11,438 nt of DNA. Source: Octopus sinensis (Eukaryota). The DNA lies in the NCBI RefSeq assembly GCF_006345805.1, contig NW_021826940.1:1-11438 (forward strand). The letters are read 5' to 3'. The notes under the pieces were generated by a model. That model was not told the origin of the DNA. It did no database searches and was given only the letters and a program-made list of their open reading frames with translations. Each line of letters opens with the position of its first letter. Within the stretch, counting starts at the first letter, position 1. A program made the position numbers and the translations under genes. This document shows, piece after piece, positions 7,883-11,438 of the stretch.

Positions 7883-8218
7883 TAGAAAGCCCCGTAAAAA
7901 AATATTTCGTAGATGTGATTGAAATATATAGCAACAACACAAAATTGTAACTAGACCTAAAAAGAGGGCTACTTCAGGATTTGCACGGGTCGGCTGTTTA
8001 TCTCGTCTGGTCGTCTCTCAACTCTCAACTCTCATATCTTTCTCTCCAATTCACAGGCATTAACTCGTAGTATCAACGAATACCCGTTGTTTGCAGTGTT
8101 TCATATGCCTTGTACCTCTTACACAAAATTAATTTGTTGGACGGACACATACAAGTACAGTGCGGGGGTTAAATAGATTATTTGGAAACTGAGATGAATC
8201 TTTGTGTGATTATTGTCA

Positions 8219-8333
8219 CCGGGTTCAGTCCCACTGCGTGGCATCTTGGGCAAGTGTCTTCTACTATAGCCCCGGGCCGACCAATGCCTTGTGAGTGGAT
8301 TTGGTAGACGGAAACTGAAAGAAGCCTGTCGTA

Positions 8334-8374
<41 letters not shown>

Positions 8375-8596
8375 ATGTTATGTGTTTGTGTGTCTGTGTT
8401 TGTCCCCCTAGCATTGCTTGACAACCGATGCTGGTGTGTTTACGTCCCCGTCACTTAGCGGTTCGGCAAAAGAGACCGATAGAATGAGTACTGGGCTTAC
8501 AAAGAATAAGTCCTTGGGTCGATTTGCTCGACTAAAAGGCGGTGCTCCAGCATGGCCGCAGTCAAATGACTGAAACAAGTAAATGAGTTAAAGAGT
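8219..8596 (+). mobile_element. SINE family A, 5'-truncated
   Basis: Starts at CCGGGTTCAGTCCC; complete body and 3' tail. Confidence 0.92.
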
Positions 8597-8598
8597 AT

Positions 8599-8634
8599 AG
8601 GCGTGGGAGTGGCTGTGTGGTAAGTAGCTTGCTT
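8599..8634 (+). mobile_element. SINE family A head fragment
   Basis: AGGCGTGGGAGTGGCTGTGTGGTAAGTAGCTTGCTT matches the family A 5' end. Confidence 0.8.
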
Positions 8635-8635
8635 T

Positions 8636-8682
8636 GCGGGGTTTTGTTCGGCGTGCAAACGACTCTGTCAGTTCGCTGCTTT
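8636..8682 (-). mobile_element. SINE family B head fragment
   Basis: CGGCGTGCAAACGACTCTGTCAGTTCGCTGCTT matches CGGCGTGCTAAC..TCTGCCAGCTCGCCGCCTT of other B copies. Confidence 0.7.
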
Positions 8683-8697
8683 ATAATAGCTAATAAT

Positions 8698-8877
8698 AAT
8701 GATTTCAAATTTTGGCACAAGGCCTGCAATTTCGGGATAGGGGATAAGTCGATTACCCCGGAAGGATGAAAGGTAAAGTCGACCTTGGCAGGATTTGAAC
8801 TCAGAACGTAAAGTTGGACGAAATGCCGCTAAGCTTTTTTATCCGGCGTGCTAACTATTCTGCCAGTCCGCCTCCTT
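8698..8877 (-). mobile_element. SINE family B monomer with internal deletion
   Basis: Aligns to B; the segment between the two ATCGACCCC repeats is missing (about 8756); degenerate 15-bp TSD at 8683-8697 and 8878-8892. Confidence 0.85.
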
Positions 8878-8892
8878 ATGATGGCTAATAAT

Positions 8893-9290
8893 CCCTTCTA
8901 TAATAGGCACAAGACCAAAAATTTGTGGGGAGGGGGTTAGTCAATTACATCGACCCCAGTGCTCGACTAGTCCTTATTTTATTGACCCTGAAAGGATGAA
9001 AGGCAAAGTCAACTTCGGTGGAGTTTGAACTCAGAACGTAAAGAAAGACGAAATACCTATATCTTTACCACCTACAAGGAGCTAAACACAGAGAGGACAA
9101 ACAAGGACAGACAAACGGATTAAGTCGATTATATCGACCCCAGTGCGTAACTGGTACTTATTTAATCGACCCCGAAAGGATGAAAGGCAAAGTCGACCTC
9201 GGCGGAATTTGAACTCAGAACGTAACGGCAGACGGAATACCGCTAAGTATTTCACCCGGCGTGCTAACGACTTCGCTTGTTCGCCGCCTC
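8893..9290 (-). mobile_element. SINE family B dimer (one extra ~184-bp unit) with 15-bp TSD
   Basis: Head at about 9289, two central domains, one terminal tail; ATGATGGCTAATAAT at 8878-8892 and 9291-9305. Confidence 0.88.
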
Positions 9291-9427
9291 ATGATGGCTA
9301 ATAATATCAGAAGTAAAGTAGAGCCAGTGCGTGTCTGTGTTTATTATTGGCCTAATGACCTCCCCGAGATTCAACAAAACATATTTCAACACATGAGTTC
9401 ACGTCAAGAATATTACAAACCGAATAC

Positions 9428-9459
9428 AATAAATAAATAAATAAATAAATAAATAAATA
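9428..9459. repeat. (AAAT)n microsatellite
   Basis: Direct reading. Confidence 0.9.
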
Positions 9460-9833
9460 TCTGGCAAAAAAATAACAAAAACCAGTCTATTTCCTGGAGA
9501 AAAAGTATGCAGCAAAAACTGAGGAAATATAAATTCGAGAAAAAAATATAGAAAAAAGCGAGATTTAGATTAAATTGATAAATATAAATTTATTCAATAA
9601 GAACAGGTTAGGAAATTGTATTCCATAGTTGCCAGTTGAAGGTCAGTTTGATTGTGACAAGTTTGACTGGCGAGATAAAAATTATTGTTAAAATGAAAGG
9701 ACTTCATTTTCGGTGCCAAGAAATGTTGCACGAAATACGGTGAAATGTTCTGAAAAATTGAAGTTATGCGAGCGTTCTAGAAGGGATGACGATGGAGTGT
9801 GTGCGTCTGTTTGTGTGTGCGCGTGTGTGTGAC

Positions 9834-10207
9834 GTGGCTGTGTGGTAAGTAGCTTGCTTACCAACCACGTGGTTCCGGGTTCAGTTCCACTGCGTGGCAC
9901 CTTGGGCAAGTGTCTTCTACCATAGCCTCGGGCCGACCAAAGCCTTGTGAGTGGATTTGGTAGACGGAAACTAAAAGAAGCCCGTCATATATATATATGT
10001 GTGTGTGCTGTGTGTGTGTGTTTGTCCCCTCACCATCACTTGACAACCGATGTCGGTCTGTTTACGTCCCCGTAACTTAGCGGTTCAACAAAAGAAACCA
10101 GTAGAATAAGTACTAGGCTTATAAAGAACAAGTCCTGGGGTCGATTTTTCCACTAAAGGTATGGCCGCAGTCAAATGACTGAAACAAGTAAAAGAGAGTA
10201 AAGAGTA
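9834..10207 (+). mobile_element. SINE family A, near full length
   Basis: From GTGGCTGTGTGGTAAG to ..GAAACAAGTAAAAGAGAGTAAAGAG; small deletion near 10160. Confidence 0.92.
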
Positions 10208-10294
10208 TACACACACACACACGCACACACATACACATGAAATGAAGTTGAAAATACACAGAGAATATATGAGAATTTCATATTTGATAGATAA

Positions 10295-11062
10295 ACCTTT
10301 CTACGATAGGCACAAAGCCCGAAATTTGGTGGGAGGGGGCCAGTCAATTAGATCAACCCCAGTACACAACTCTTACTTAATTTATCGACCCCAAAAGGGG
10401 TGAAAAGCAAAGTCGACCTCGGCGGAGTTTGAATTCAGAACGTAGCGATGAGTGAAATACCTATTTCTTTACTACCCACAAGGGGCTAAACACAGAGAGG
10501 ACAAACAAGGACAGACAAACGGATTAAGTCGATTACATCGACCCCAGCGCGTAACTGGTACTTAATTTCTCGACCCCGAAAGGGATGAAAGGCAAAGTCG
10601 ACCTCGGCGGAGTATGAACTCAGAACGTAGCGATGAGTGAAATACCTATTTCTTTACTACCCATAAGGAGCTAAACACAGAGGGGACAAACAAGGACAGA
10701 CATAGGTATTAAGTCGATTACATCGACCCCAGTGCGTAACTGGTACTTAATGTATCGAGCCCGAAAGGATGAAAGGCAAAGTCGACCTCGGCGGAGTTTG
10801 AACTCAGAACGTAGCGATGAGTGAAATACCTATTTCTTTACTACCCACAAGGGGTTAAACACAGAGAGGACAAACAAGGACAGACATAGGTATTAAGTCA
10901 ATTACATCGACCCCAGTGCGTAACTGGTACTTAATTTATCGACCCCGAAAGGGGTGAAAGGCAAAGTCGACCTCGGCGGAATTTGAACTCAGAACGTAGC
11001 GGCAGACGAAATACCGCTAAGCGTTTCGCGCAGCGTGCTAACGTTTCTGCCAGCTCGCCGCC
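10295..11062 (-). mobile_element. SINE family B tetramer (three tandem 184-185-bp units) with 18-bp TSD
   Basis: Units 10461-10645, 10646-10829 and 10830-11014; head 11015-11062; terminal domain and tail 10295-10460; TTCATATTTGATAGATAA at 10277-10294 and 11063-11080. Confidence 0.92.
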
Positions 11063-11200
11063 TTCATATTTGATAGATAATGCCGTAGGTTTCTGTTTCT
11101 TGGTTTGTGTGTTGTAATCAAAAATTGAGTTTTGATGTATCTGAACTGTTTTTGACTTATCGCAATTCTTCAATTTCTATTCTATCTATCTTTCTTTCTA

Positions 11201-11438
11201 TCTTTTACTTGTTTCAGTCATTTGACTGCGGCCATGCTGGAGCACATCGACCCCGGAACTCATTCTTTGTAAGCCCAGTACTTATTCTATCGGTCTCTTT
11301 TGCCGAACCGCTAAGTGACGGGGACATAAACACACCAGCATCGGTTGTCAAGCAATGCTAGGGGGACAAACACAGACACACAAACACACATACATATATC
11401 TATAATACATATATACGACAGGCTTCTTTCAGTTTCCG
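11201..11438 (-). mobile_element. SINE family A, 3' part (runs off window end)
   Basis: Aligns to 6453-6710; short deletion after GAGCAC. Confidence 0.9.

Noticed and set aside
10461-11014. CRISPR-like or independent satellite array
   Set aside because: Units are near-identical over their full 185 bp with no unique spacers, derive from SINE B, and lie in eukaryotic DNA.
5006-11361. ORFs at 5006-5305, 6630-6902, 6803-7090, 8119-8424, 9688-10046, 10931-11361
   Set aside because: They overlap SINE copies and give the same recurring spurious peptides (e.g. SFRLPNPL, YQIHSQG).

Overview
AT-rich eukaryotic non-genic DNA made almost entirely of microsatellites and transposable elements; the SINE families look like those I recognise from octopus genomes (recognition from memory, not searched). 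No intact host gene is supported, and most ORFs in the six-frame track are translations of simple repeats or SINEs. Contents: (1) pieces of R4/Dong-type non-LTR retrotransposons (RT thumb, CCHC knuckle, restriction-like endonuclease), each abutting (AAT)n tracts and stacked in two clusters (803-3229 on +, 5192-6187 on -), including non-coding passengers; (2) a 188-bp near-perfect palindrome plus a unique tail embedded in (TA)n; (3) about 12 copies or fragments of two tRNA-derived SINE families (called A and B here), with family B occurring as TSD-bounded monomer, dimer and tetramer and as a three-element stack at one triplicated target; (4) a Tc1/mariner 5' remnant; (5) a Thr-rich low-complexity ORF of uncertain status. 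I see no clearly new biological system. The best leads are the variable-copy-number SINE, the AAT-targeted non-autonomous elements sharing a LINE 3' stem-loop, and the TA-embedded palindromic element.
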